From an uncultured Bacteroidales bacterium (GTDB lineage Bacteria > Bacteroidota > Bacteroidia > Bacteroidales > CAZZDX01), in assembly GCA_964582565.1 (NCBI GenBank), contig CAZOSY010000003.1, positions 2,178 through 37,728 of the forward strand: 35,551 nt of DNA. The letters are read 5' to 3'. The notes below the pieces were generated by a model. The model worked only from the letters and a program-made list of their open reading frames with translations. It searched no databases and was not told the DNA's origin. The number at the start of each line of letters is the position of its first letter. Within the stretch, counting starts at the first letter, position 1. Position numbers and translations under genes: made by a program. Positions 18,022 to 25,985 of this stretch are shown piece by piece.

Positions 18022-20868
18022 TTATTTAAAAACTATAAATTTAGCAGAAACTTTTTCTTTTTCTGCAATCAATTGAACAAAGTATGTCCCGGAATAAAAA
18101 GAATTACAATCTATTATAAACTTATGATTACCAGACGGTTGATTGGATAAGTCAATTGATTTTATAATTCTGCCTGTTATATCATAAATATTAATCATTA
18201 TATTACTGCTCTTATTCAGATTATATTCAATATTCATATTATCTGTTACAGGATTAGGGTATATTTTTAATTCAGATTTAGCTATTGCTACAGGATTATC
18301 AGGTTCTTTTATTCCGACATAATCCAGACATTCAAATATTCCCCGTCCATGAGTGCCAATATAAACAGCTCCATAATTAGTAATTCCCGGGAAGTTGTTA
18401 ATTTGTTGTCCCATCATATAGACCGGAACTCTTGCCATATATTCATTATCTTCTGCCCATGTTGGATAAGAATAATTTATATTTTGAGTAGTAAATACAC
18501 CATATTCTGTTCCTAAAATTACAGTATTTGAATTATACATAGGAATTACAGAAGCATAAACAGGCATTCTTGGTAATGCATTAGTTCCGCTTCCTTGTTT
18601 TGAAGAAAAAATAGGCAAAGAGTCCAATACATTAGTAGATTCATAAACGTAATTAGTATTACCATAATTGCCGAGTGTAACAATAATATGATTATTATCA
18701 TTAGGATCTATAGCAATAGAAGTAACTGCCTGATAGCTAAATGTTTTTAATAATTTTGTTTCAATAGCGCAGGAAGAGCTGGTAACATCAGAGTTTGAGA
18801 AGTCATAAGACAAAGCAAGGTTTGACATTCTGTATAATTTTCCTCCGTTAGTGCCAACAAAGAGATAGTTTCCGTTTTTGGAATAAGACATTGTTTGCAC
18901 GGCTCCTGTAAATTCAGATATTTTATACCATTCGGGTATTTTTGAGAAGTCCAAAGCTTGTTTAGTCATCCATACACCTCCATTTATGCCAAGAAAAAAT
19001 TTGGACTGAATAATATCCTGAATTTTTATAGAATCTCCTGTATAAAGAGGTGATTGAAGAACATATTCAAAAGGATAGTTGTTGTTATTACTTTTTACTA
19101 TAATAGTATCTCCCGCAGCATATTGATTTGTATCAGCCAAAAAAGTTACAGAATCAGTGCTGTGAATATCATTAATACTCTCCCAAAATACAATAGGAGT
19201 AACAAAACATGCCTCAATATTAGAATTTATCATTCTTTGGCTATAAAATGCAGCCACTAGATTTCCGTCGTTATCAATAGTATAAGGACCTTGGAAATTA
19301 TTACCTAAATCAGGGGATCGGCTTGCTTCACCATAATAAATTGAAGCGAATAACACTTCCGGATTGATTAAAGAAAAGGCACAATATCCGCCATCTCCTC
19401 CCATAATATGTTTTCCATTCATAGGAGTATTACCTTTTCTGTCAATAAGTATAGTTCCGTTGTCTTGTGTGCCGCCCATTACAGAGCCATCACCTCCATA
19501 TGCTACTGTATAAAACTGAACAGTATTATAATTTCTGTTTAAAGTATGGAATGTTTCTCCGCCATCAGTAGATTGTGATACTCCGCCATCACTTCCGGTA
19601 TAAATTATGTCAGGATTTTCAGGATGAAAAACATATTTATGATGGTCGGCATGGATATAATGAATATCTGTAGGTTCTAAGAACCACAGTGTTTTATTTG
19701 TCCATGTTCCTCCCTGATTCCATTCCCACATATCAATACCACCAAGGATAATTTTATCGCGATTGTTTGGAAATACAACTATTTCATTATCATAATGTCC
19801 TTGATTTCTAAATGGCTGGAAGTCATCTGAGCCACCAGGACCAATAATTTCCCATGTTTCTCCTTTATCTGTAGATCTATAGATATTTTTTATTTCGCCA
19901 TTTGTTTTTGCAGCGCTGGCATATATATAGTTAGGGTCAGACGGAGCTATTGCAAATTCAATTCTGCTAACACCTGTTGCACCTGGAATATTTTTTTCAT
20001 CAAAAGTGCCGAGTTCTCCATTAGTAGAGATATAACATTTATTATTTATACAAGCAAGGACGCTTCTGTCAGAAGCCACTTCAACATCATAAGTTTTACC
20101 ATTATTAGGATGTCCCGGGGCTAATTCCACAGGATTTGTCCATGTTTCTCCCTGATCGTCAGATACTTTTAAGCCACTATTTGTTGCGGCATATACTCTT
20201 TCAGAAACAGGGTCGCATGCTAATTCATATACAAAAGCCCATTTAACAGAAGTGCTGTTTGGGGTAGGTTTTGTAGAAGGCAAAAATTCAAATGTCTCTC
20301 CATCTGTTGATTTATACATTCCCTGTCCAATAAAACTTGTGCTGCCATTAGCACCACCAGTAACAACGCCAAAACCTTCTCCTGTGCCAACATAAATAAT
20401 TCCACTAGGGGATTGTGTAATACAAGAGATAGCAAGATTTTGTGCCATATCATTAACTGGCACCCACGAACTACCTCCTGTAGTTGATTTCCATAATCCG
20501 CCACTTACACCACCGGCATACATAATATTTGGATTATTTCTGTCAATAAGTATTGCTCTTGTTCTGCCTCCAACATTATCAGGTCCAACTTCTGCCCAAT
20601 TAAGACCTATAGCAGTTTTTGTTTTTGCTAATTTATTTACCTGTGCTCTGGCATTTAATACATCTTGCGAATTAATTTCTCCTGTTATCTTATTATTTCT
20701 AATTGAAGCCAAATATTCAATAGCTCCTTTTATACCTTGTTGTTTTTGAATATTATCTTTACGGGGTATATATTTTTGCGTTTTAAATATACCTGAGGAA
20801 GTAATAATAAAAGTAATACTTACAAAAGATAAAACTATTAAACTTAAGAATAAATTTTTGTTTCTCAT
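18022..20868 (-). CDS. BNR/Asp-box repeat (sortilin/VPS10-like beta-propeller) protein with T9SS sorting domain
   Basis: Asp-box motifs are STTGGSSW, SDDQGETW, STDKGETW and STDGGETF. The C-terminus KIYPNPVTDN...GTYFVQL...KFIVFK is a T9SS sorting domain. The ORF track starts at 20895, but I prefer the ATG at 20868 (MRNKNLFLSLIVLSF), which begins directly at the signal peptide. Confidence 0.8.
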   Translation of the reverse strand: MRNKNLFLSLIVLSFVSITFIITSSGIFKTQKYIPRKDNIQKQQGIKGAIEYLASIRNNKITGEINSQDVLNARAQVNKLAKTKTAIGLNWAEVGPDNVGGRTRAILIDRNNPNIMYAGGVSGGLWKSTTGGSSWVPVNDMAQNLAISCITQSPSGIIYVGTGEGFGVVTGGANGSTSFIGQGMYKSTDGETFEFLPSTKPTPNSTSVKWAFVYELACDPVSERVYAATNSGLKVSDDQGETWTNPVELAPGHPNNGKTYDVEVASDRSVLACINNKCYISTNGELGTFDEKNIPGATGVSRIEFAIAPSDPNYIYASAAKTNGEIKNIYRSTDKGETWEIIGPGGSDDFQPFRNQGHYDNEIVVFPNNRDKIILGGIDMWEWNQGGTWTNKTLWFLEPTDIHYIHADHHKYVFHPENPDIIYTGSDGGVSQSTDGGETFHTLNRNYNTVQFYTVAYGGDGSVMGGTQDNGTILIDRKGNTPMNGKHIMGGDGGYCAFSLINPEVLFASIYYGEASRSPDLGNNFQGPYTIDNDGNLVAAFYSQRMINSNIEACFVTPIVFWESINDIHSTDSVTFLADTNQYAAGDTIIVKSNNNNYPFEYVLQSPLYTGDSIKIQDIIQSKFFLGINGGVWMTKQALDFSKIPEWYKISEFTGAVQTMSYSKNGNYLFVGTNGGKLYRMSNLALSYDFSNSDVTSSSCAIETKLLKTFSYQAVTSIAIDPNDNNHIIVTLGNYGNTNYVYESTNVLDSLPIFSSKQGSGTNALPRMPVYASVIPMYNSNTVILGTEYGVFTTQNINYSYPTWAEDNEYMARVPVYMMGQQINNFPGITNYGAVYIGTHGRGIFECLDYVGIKEPDNPVAIAKSELKIYPNPVTDNMNIEYNLNKSSNIMINIYDITGRIIKSIDLSNQPSGNHKFIIDCNSFYSGTYFVQLIAEKEKVSAKFIVFK

Positions 20869-20912
20869 ATTGCTTATTTTATTATAATTAAACATTCTGT
20901 ATTTTAAAAATA

Positions 20913-20920
20913 CAAATATA
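20913..20920 (-). promoter_or_regulatory. candidate -7 box (TATATTTG on the minus strand)
   Basis: The plus strand reads CAAATATA. It is upstream of both candidate start codons of the BNR gene. No clear -33 TTTG. Confidence 0.3.
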
Positions 20921-21066
20921 TAAAAAATAATTTAATATAAAACCATTAAACAATATTTTTTTATTTTTATCAAACTTTTACCACATTGTATTACACTATG
21001 AAACAAAATTTGAGACATTTTTTAGAATAATTGGGTTAATTGGGATTTTGCTAATTGATATATTTA

Positions 21067-21837
21067 TTATTTATTATATCTTTTCCCAAAATGAAAGCTA
21101 AAATAAACAGACAGGAATATATTATTATTAGTATTAAAAGCCATAATTGGAATAGATTTTGGATATGCATCAATAATAGCACCAACTTCAAGGGCTTTAA
21201 TATTTTTGTTGTATAAGCCATACTCAAAGTTAAATCCAACTTTTCCATAAATTCCCGGATAGACACTCATTTTGTCCAGTCCCTTAGTAAAAGCTGCTCT
21301 GCCACATATATTTTCCATAAAATGTTTGTTAGGGTCAAATCTTTCTGTGGTGATATCATAGTCAGAAGCGGATGAAAAATCCAAAGTATAAATACTCAAA
21401 TAAACAGGTTTTGTTAATCCCAAAGATATGCCTCCATAATAGAAATACCTTACTTCAACTCCACCCCAGTAAGGTTTGGTATTTATTATTTTTTGAATTC
21501 CAATGCCTGTCCTTATATTAAATAATTCATTTAACTTACCATAGACATAACTTTTAGAATTGTCAAAATAAGGATTTATAGTTTTTGTTTCTTTGGGATG
21601 TTTTGTTTTTACAAGTTCAATCTCAAGCATTTTTTTTTTAAACCCTGTTAAATGCTTACCTTTTCTGAAAGTAAATCCCCATCCGGCAGAATGGATAACA
21701 AAAGCTGCACTATATTCTTTATAGTATAAAACTTTTACCTGCTCAATGCTTGTTGTATCCTGAGAATAAGAATAAAAGCAAAAACAAAGAAGAATAGATA
21801 TTAATAATAGTTTTATATTTATACTTATATTTCGCAT
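21067..21837 (-). CDS. hypothetical secreted or outer-membrane protein
   Basis: 256 aa with an N-terminal signal-like segment (LLLISILLCFCFYSYSQ). Alternating hydrophobic patterns such as GFNFEYGLY and VGAIIDAY are suggestive of beta strands. I recognised no family. Confidence 0.5.
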   Translation of the reverse strand: MRNISINIKLLLISILLCFCFYSYSQDTTSIEQVKVLYYKEYSAAFVIHSAGWGFTFRKGKHLTGFKKKMLEIELVKTKHPKETKTINPYFDNSKSYVYGKLNELFNIRTGIGIQKIINTKPYWGGVEVRYFYYGGISLGLTKPVYLSIYTLDFSSASDYDITTERFDPNKHFMENICGRAAFTKGLDKMSVYPGIYGKVGFNFEYGLYNKNIKALEVGAIIDAYPKSIPIMAFNTNNNIFLSVYFSFHFGKRYNK

Positions 21838-21962
21838 TATTTGTAATTAATTATCTGCCTAAGGACGAATAATTTATAAAGATAAAAAAAAATTACAAAT
21901 CAAAGATTATAATCACTTATAATAAAAAAATAAAAATCAATCAGATGCCTGACCCATAGATT

Positions 21963-22109
21963 TTATTTTTGAATATTAGCATTATGTGCTCCTGAATAAG
22001 CATAGGCAGGACATGGTGGCTCTCTTGTTATTCTGTTTGTCCTGCATGAAGATAAAAACATAGTTAATAAAAATAATACTGTAACAAACAATAATAAAAC
22101 TTTTTTCAT
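21963..22109 (-). CDS. small putative lipoprotein (48 aa), absent from the ORF track
   Basis: My own translation is MKKVLLLFVTVLFLLTMFLSSCRTNRITREPPCPAYAYSGAHNANIQK. It has a basic N-terminus, a hydrophobic core and an LSSC lipobox. Confidence 0.4.
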   Translation of the reverse strand: MKKVLLLFVTVLFLLTMFLSSCRTNRITREPPCPAYAYSGAHNANIQK

Positions 22110-22272
22110 AATTTTACTTCAAAATTTAAGTTCTTTATAGATAATCAAAAAATTTTTGCAAATTTAGTTTTTATTTTATAAATAATAAAAAAAAATATCA
22201 ATTATTTATAAATATTAAAGTTTAAATTTATATAAACATCTGATATACAAGGATAAACAAAAAAAAATATTT

Positions 22273-24027
22273 TTGAAAAAAATTATTTACATATTATTCA
22301 TTCTGCTTTTTTGTTTTGTTTTTAAATTAAATGCGCAAAACTATACTTTATCATTAGAAAACAATAGTGATAAAGACAATAAAATGATTAAGAAATTAAA
22401 TTATAAAAAGCATTTTTATACTAAAACAGAAAGAGAAAAAGAAATAAAAAATATTTTATTTTGGCTTTACAATAATTCATATATAACTGCAAGATTTGAC
22501 AGTATTATTGAAGATTCATTAAATTTATCTGCATATCTGTTTGTCGGAAACAAATATACATTAGCATCTGTTAATAAAGGAAATGTTGATAAGACATTAC
22601 TTAGTGAAGTTGGCTATAAAGAAAATTTTTATTCACCTAAAGCAGGCAAAGTTTTTCAATATAAAGAGATACGAACTTTAATTGAAAAAATACTTATTTT
22701 TTGTGAAAACAATGGCTATCCTTTTGCTTTAATTAAATTAGACAGCATAAGCATTGATTCAAACTGTTTACAGGCAAGTTTAAATCTTAATAAAAATCTT
22801 AAAATTAATATTGACAGCATTATTATTAAAGGAAATGCAAAAATTTCTAATACCTATCTTTACTCTTATTTAGGAATAAAACCAAAAAATATTTATAATG
22901 AATCAAAAATAAACAAAATAAATACCAGATTAAAAGAATTACAATTTGTTAAAAAAACAAAACCCATTGATATAATATTTGTAAAAAATGATGCAAAAAT
23001 TTTGCTTTATATAGATAAAAAAAATGTTAGCCAGTTTAATGGCATTTTAGGTGTTTTACCTAATAATAGGACAGGAAAAATTTTGCTAAATGGTGATGTT
23101 CATTTAAAATTGCTCAATTCATTTGGAAAAGGAGAACTAATTGATTTTAACTGGCGTAAAATAGAACAAAACACTCAAAACTTAAAAACTAATTTTGTCT
23201 TGCCTTTTATCTTATCTACTCCTTTTGGCATTGACTTTAAATTTTCTATTTACAAAAAAGATACTTCTTATCTTAATATAAATTCTAATATTGGTATTCA
23301 GTATTTATTTAAAGGGAATAATTATATAAAAGTTTTTTTAGACAATCGTAAATCTTCATTAGTTAGCACTACGGGATTGAAAAATATAACTGTGCTACCT
23401 TCTTATGCTGATATTTCGACAATGTTTTACGGCTTAGAACTAAATAATGAAAAACTTGACTATGGTCTCAACCCAAGAAAAGGTTATCAAATAAAACTCT
23501 CGGCAGCTGCAGGGAATAAAAATATTAAAAAAAATGATAAAATAAACCCTGATATATATGACAAATTAAAATTATCAACAACACAATATAAAATAGAATC
23601 TGATTTTGGTGTGTTTTTACCTTTGTTTCAAAAAAATACAATCTTTATTAATATAAAAAGTGCAATTATTGATAATCCAAATCTTTTTGAAAATGAACTT
23701 TACAGAATCGGAGGATTAAAAACACTTAGAGGTTTTGACGAAGAATCTATTAATGCTTCATTATATTCAATTTTAAATATTGAATACAGATATCTGTTAG
23801 AACAAAATTCTTACATATATCTTTTTTGGAATGGGGCATATTATGAAAACAAATCTGTTAATCCGCCTGAAGTGAGTTGCGACAGACCTTATGGCTTTGG
23901 TGCTGGAATTAGTTTTGAAACAAAAATAGGGATATTCTCTATTAATTATGCTCTTGGAAAACAATTTAATAACCCTATATATTTCAAATCTGCAAAAATC
24001 CATTTTGGGGTGGTTAATTATTTTTAA
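22273..24027 (+). CDS. Omp85/BamA-family outer-membrane barrel protein (surface antigen D15-like)
   Basis: 584 aa. Starts at TTG, with a signal peptide ending NAQ. It has a POTRA-like N-terminal half, an L6-loop-type motif LRGFDE and an aromatic C-terminal residue (GVVNYF). Confidence 0.7.
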   Translation: MKKIIYILFILLFCFVFKLNAQNYTLSLENNSDKDNKMIKKLNYKKHFYTKTEREKEIKNILFWLYNNSYITARFDSIIEDSLNLSAYLFVGNKYTLASVNKGNVDKTLLSEVGYKENFYSPKAGKVFQYKEIRTLIEKILIFCENNGYPFALIKLDSISIDSNCLQASLNLNKNLKINIDSIIIKGNAKISNTYLYSYLGIKPKNIYNESKINKINTRLKELQFVKKTKPIDIIFVKNDAKILLYIDKKNVSQFNGILGVLPNNRTGKILLNGDVHLKLLNSFGKGELIDFNWRKIEQNTQNLKTNFVLPFILSTPFGIDFKFSIYKKDTSYLNINSNIGIQYLFKGNNYIKVFLDNRKSSLVSTTGLKNITVLPSYADISTMFYGLELNNEKLDYGLNPRKGYQIKLSAAAGNKNIKKNDKINPDIYDKLKLSTTQYKIESDFGVFLPLFQKNTIFINIKSAIIDNPNLFENELYRIGGLKTLRGFDEESINASLYSILNIEYRYLLEQNSYIYLFWNGAYYENKSVNPPEVSCDRPYGFGAGISFETKIGIFSINYALGKQFNNPIYFKSAKIHFGVVNYF

Positions 24028-24036
24028 AATTTTATG

Positions 24037-24044
24037 TAAGTTTG
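24037..24044 (+). promoter_or_regulatory. Bacteroidota-type -7 promoter box TAAGTTTG
   Basis: Lies within AAATTTTATGTAAGTTTGTAA, 61 nt upstream of the ATG at 24105. The extended motif is shared with 119-139 and 7354-7373. Confidence 0.45.
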
Positions 24045-24104
24045 TAATTGCTAATTTTTAATTTTTTAACTGAATTTTCTTGAAATATAAAAATATTAAA
24101 ACAA

Positions 24105-24998
24105 ATGAAAAAAATATATTTATCAGTCATCATTTATTTAATTTTTGGTTGTCAATCTTTTGCACAGACAGCAGACAAACAACAGTCGTCAATGCATGAA
24201 AGAATTAACAGAGTAAAAAATGCGACAGTACAAATTATTGTAAACGGAGAAGTTGCAGGAACCGGCTTTGTTATATCTGAAGATGGCTTGATAGCAACAT
24301 GCTTTAATGTTGTTAAGAACAAACAAACTTCATTTCATAAAATAGACATTACAAATGGCACAATAGATAATACGAACAATGCCGGAGCCAAAATATCATC
24401 ATCAATTGAAGTTAAATTTTATGACGGGACAAAACTCTCTGCCAAGGTCTCTAAATATTTGAATACGCAAGAAAAAATTCATAAAGCATACACAAAAGAT
24501 TATTGCATATTAAAAATAAAATCTTTAAAAAAGTTTAAATTTCTTGCTCTTGGCAGTTTCGCCGATGCTTATGAAGGAGCAAATTTATATCTGTCAGGAT
24601 TTCCTGCCGGCATTGACCAGCCGATTGTCTCTGTTGGAATGTTATCAACAAAATATGTTAATACTAATTATATTGTATATCAGGATTCTGTAAAAACAGC
24701 ATGGATTGATATACCTACAAACAAAGGAAATTCAGGTAGTCCTGTAATACTTATGGGTAAAGAGCCAAAAGATGATAAAGTTATAGGTATTGCATCTTTT
24801 GAATTATCTCCATACAGTAAAATAACTAAGGACTTAGAGAATCATATAAAGACCATACCTCAGGGACTTAAACTGTTTGGACTAGATATTAAAAAGTTTT
24901 ATACAATTATAAGTGAATCAGTATCCTCTAACTCTGTTGGTGTTAGTGGCTGTATATCAATAGATTATATAAAAAGTGCATTAGACACAAAATTATAA
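24105..24998 (+). CDS. secreted trypsin-fold (S1C/Trypsin_2-like) protein, possibly catalytically impaired
   Basis: 297 aa with a signal peptide. GTGFVISEDGLIATCFNVV aligns by eye to the GSGFVI..DG.I.TNAHVV block. DYCILKI supplies the Asp and GNSGSPV the Ser. Asn68 (AAT at 24306-24308) occupies the expected His position. Confidence 0.7.
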   Translation: MKKIYLSVIIYLIFGCQSFAQTADKQQSSMHERINRVKNATVQIIVNGEVAGTGFVISEDGLIATCFNVVKNKQTSFHKIDITNGTIDNTNNAGAKISSSIEVKFYDGTKLSAKVSKYLNTQEKIHKAYTKDYCILKIKSLKKFKFLALGSFADAYEGANLYLSGFPAGIDQPIVSVGMLSTKYVNTNYIVYQDSVKTAWIDIPTNKGNSGSPVILMGKEPKDDKVIGIASFELSPYSKITKDLENHIKTIPQGLKLFGLDIKKFYTIISESVSSNSVGVSGCISIDYIKSALDTKL

Positions 24999-25092
24999 AA
25001 TTAAGTTTACTTTTTTTTATTCGTTTTTACACTTTTTGTGTAAACCTATTTCAGGACGAGACACTTTTTTAGCTAACAAAATTGTTTTTTAA

Positions 25093-25635
25093 TCATTTTC
25101 TTTTTATAGTATGTTTGAATTTTAATACCGCAAAGTTTAATTCTATTGTTGTTTCGGTTTCATTTAAACTAAGGTCGTCATCGAAAATTTCGGTAATGAT
25201 TTCACCGCTTTTTCGCATGATGTCCTTCTTTTTCTGTTCATCAGTCACATTTGACAACTCTTTTATATTTCTTGAAAGATTTTTAATCTTTGCAAATGTT
25301 TCAATGATGGCAAGGGTTGTTTGCGTTGCTCTTTTACTTTTAAGAATAGTTGCGAGCATATATAAACCTTTTTCGGTAAATGCCTTTGGTGGTTGAGGGA
25401 AAAATTTTATTTTTGCAAGGTTATCAAAATTTTTGATAACCTCCTGTTTCTCGTCATTAGTGAGTATAAATATATATCCTTTAGGAAATTTGTCGGGATT
25501 ATTTTTGACCGCTTGATTTATCTCTCTTGTTTCAACAGAATATAGAGCTGCCACATCACTGTCCAGAATGGTTTTTTTCCCTCTAATCTCAATAATCTTT
25601 TTTCCGACTTCCTCAAATTTTACGATAGTATTCAT
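25093..25635 (-). CDS. ORF6N (KilA-N-related) domain protein
   Basis: 180 aa. The N-terminal IIEIRGKKTILDSDVAALYSVETREINQAVKNNPDKFPKGYIF is the characteristic ORF6N DNA-binding block, which is common in phage and mobile contexts. Confidence 0.7.
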   Translation of the reverse strand: MNTIVKFEEVGKKIIEIRGKKTILDSDVAALYSVETREINQAVKNNPDKFPKGYIFILTNDEKQEVIKNFDNLAKIKFFPQPPKAFTEKGLYMLATILKSKRATQTTLAIIETFAKIKNLSRNIKELSNVTDEQKKKDIMRKSGEIITEIFDDDLSLNETETTIELNFAVLKFKHTIKRK

Positions 25636-25675
25636 CTTTGTTATGTATTATAATTTTAGGTGGATTTTAAAAATT

Positions 25676-25714
25676 AACTTAGCTGAAATCGCTTTCGGCT
25701 AAGTTCATTTTTTT
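25676..25714 (+). terminator. strong orphan hairpin with T7 run
   Basis: AACTTAGCTGAAA-TCGC-TTTCGGCTAAGTT forms 13 bp including one G-T pair. It is followed by CA and then TTTTTTT. No plus-strand gene ends nearby. On the minus strand it lies upstream of the ORF6N start. Confidence 0.35.
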
Positions 25715-25955
25715 ACTTCTTAATAGAGGAAATTGCAGAGCCTGCCTGTCTGCCGTGCCAACGGCACAGGTAGATTAATCAATTTTCTTAAATCAGTGTA
25801 AATATACAACATTTAAACGATAATTATAATAATATTAAATTTTTGTTTTTTTATCATGATTATTATAATAACCCAAGTTATGATATATAAACGAAAATTA
25901 TTTGTATCAGAAAAATAAAAATAAATAAACTGATACTGTAATACTTTATTTTATT

Positions 25956-25963
25956 TATATTTG
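25956..25963 (+). promoter_or_regulatory. Bacteroidota-type -7 promoter box TATATTTG
   Basis: Lies 23 nt upstream of the rmuC ATG at 25986. Confidence 0.45.
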
Positions 25964-25985
25964 CTAAACAAAAAAATTAACTAAT

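Larger units (their letters stand above)
11901..18022. repeat. tandem direct duplication, 2 x 3,061 bp
   Basis: Unit 1 is 11901-14961 and unit 2 is 14962-18022. In about 10 of the ~42 sequence lines, compared with a 1-nt register shift, 11901-14377 matches 14962-17438 exactly. The first mismatch is at 14378 versus 17439. Confidence 0.9.

Noticed and set aside
19054-20504. ORFs 19054-19260 (+) and 20220-20504 (-) within the BNR gene
   Set aside because: They are nested antisense or out of frame in the BNR gene.
21051-21266. 71-aa ORF overlapping the 3-prime part of 21067-21837 in another frame
   Set aside because: The longer ORF with a signal peptide explains the region.
25026-25044. Hairpin TTTACAC-TTTTT-GTGTAAA as a terminator for the protease or ORF6N genes
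   Set aside because: It is a 7-bp all-weak stem with no following T-run on either strand.
25082-25396. 104-aa plus-strand ORF antisense to the ORF6N gene
   Set aside because: The ORF6N frame carries the recognisable domain. The antisense product is hydrophobic noise.
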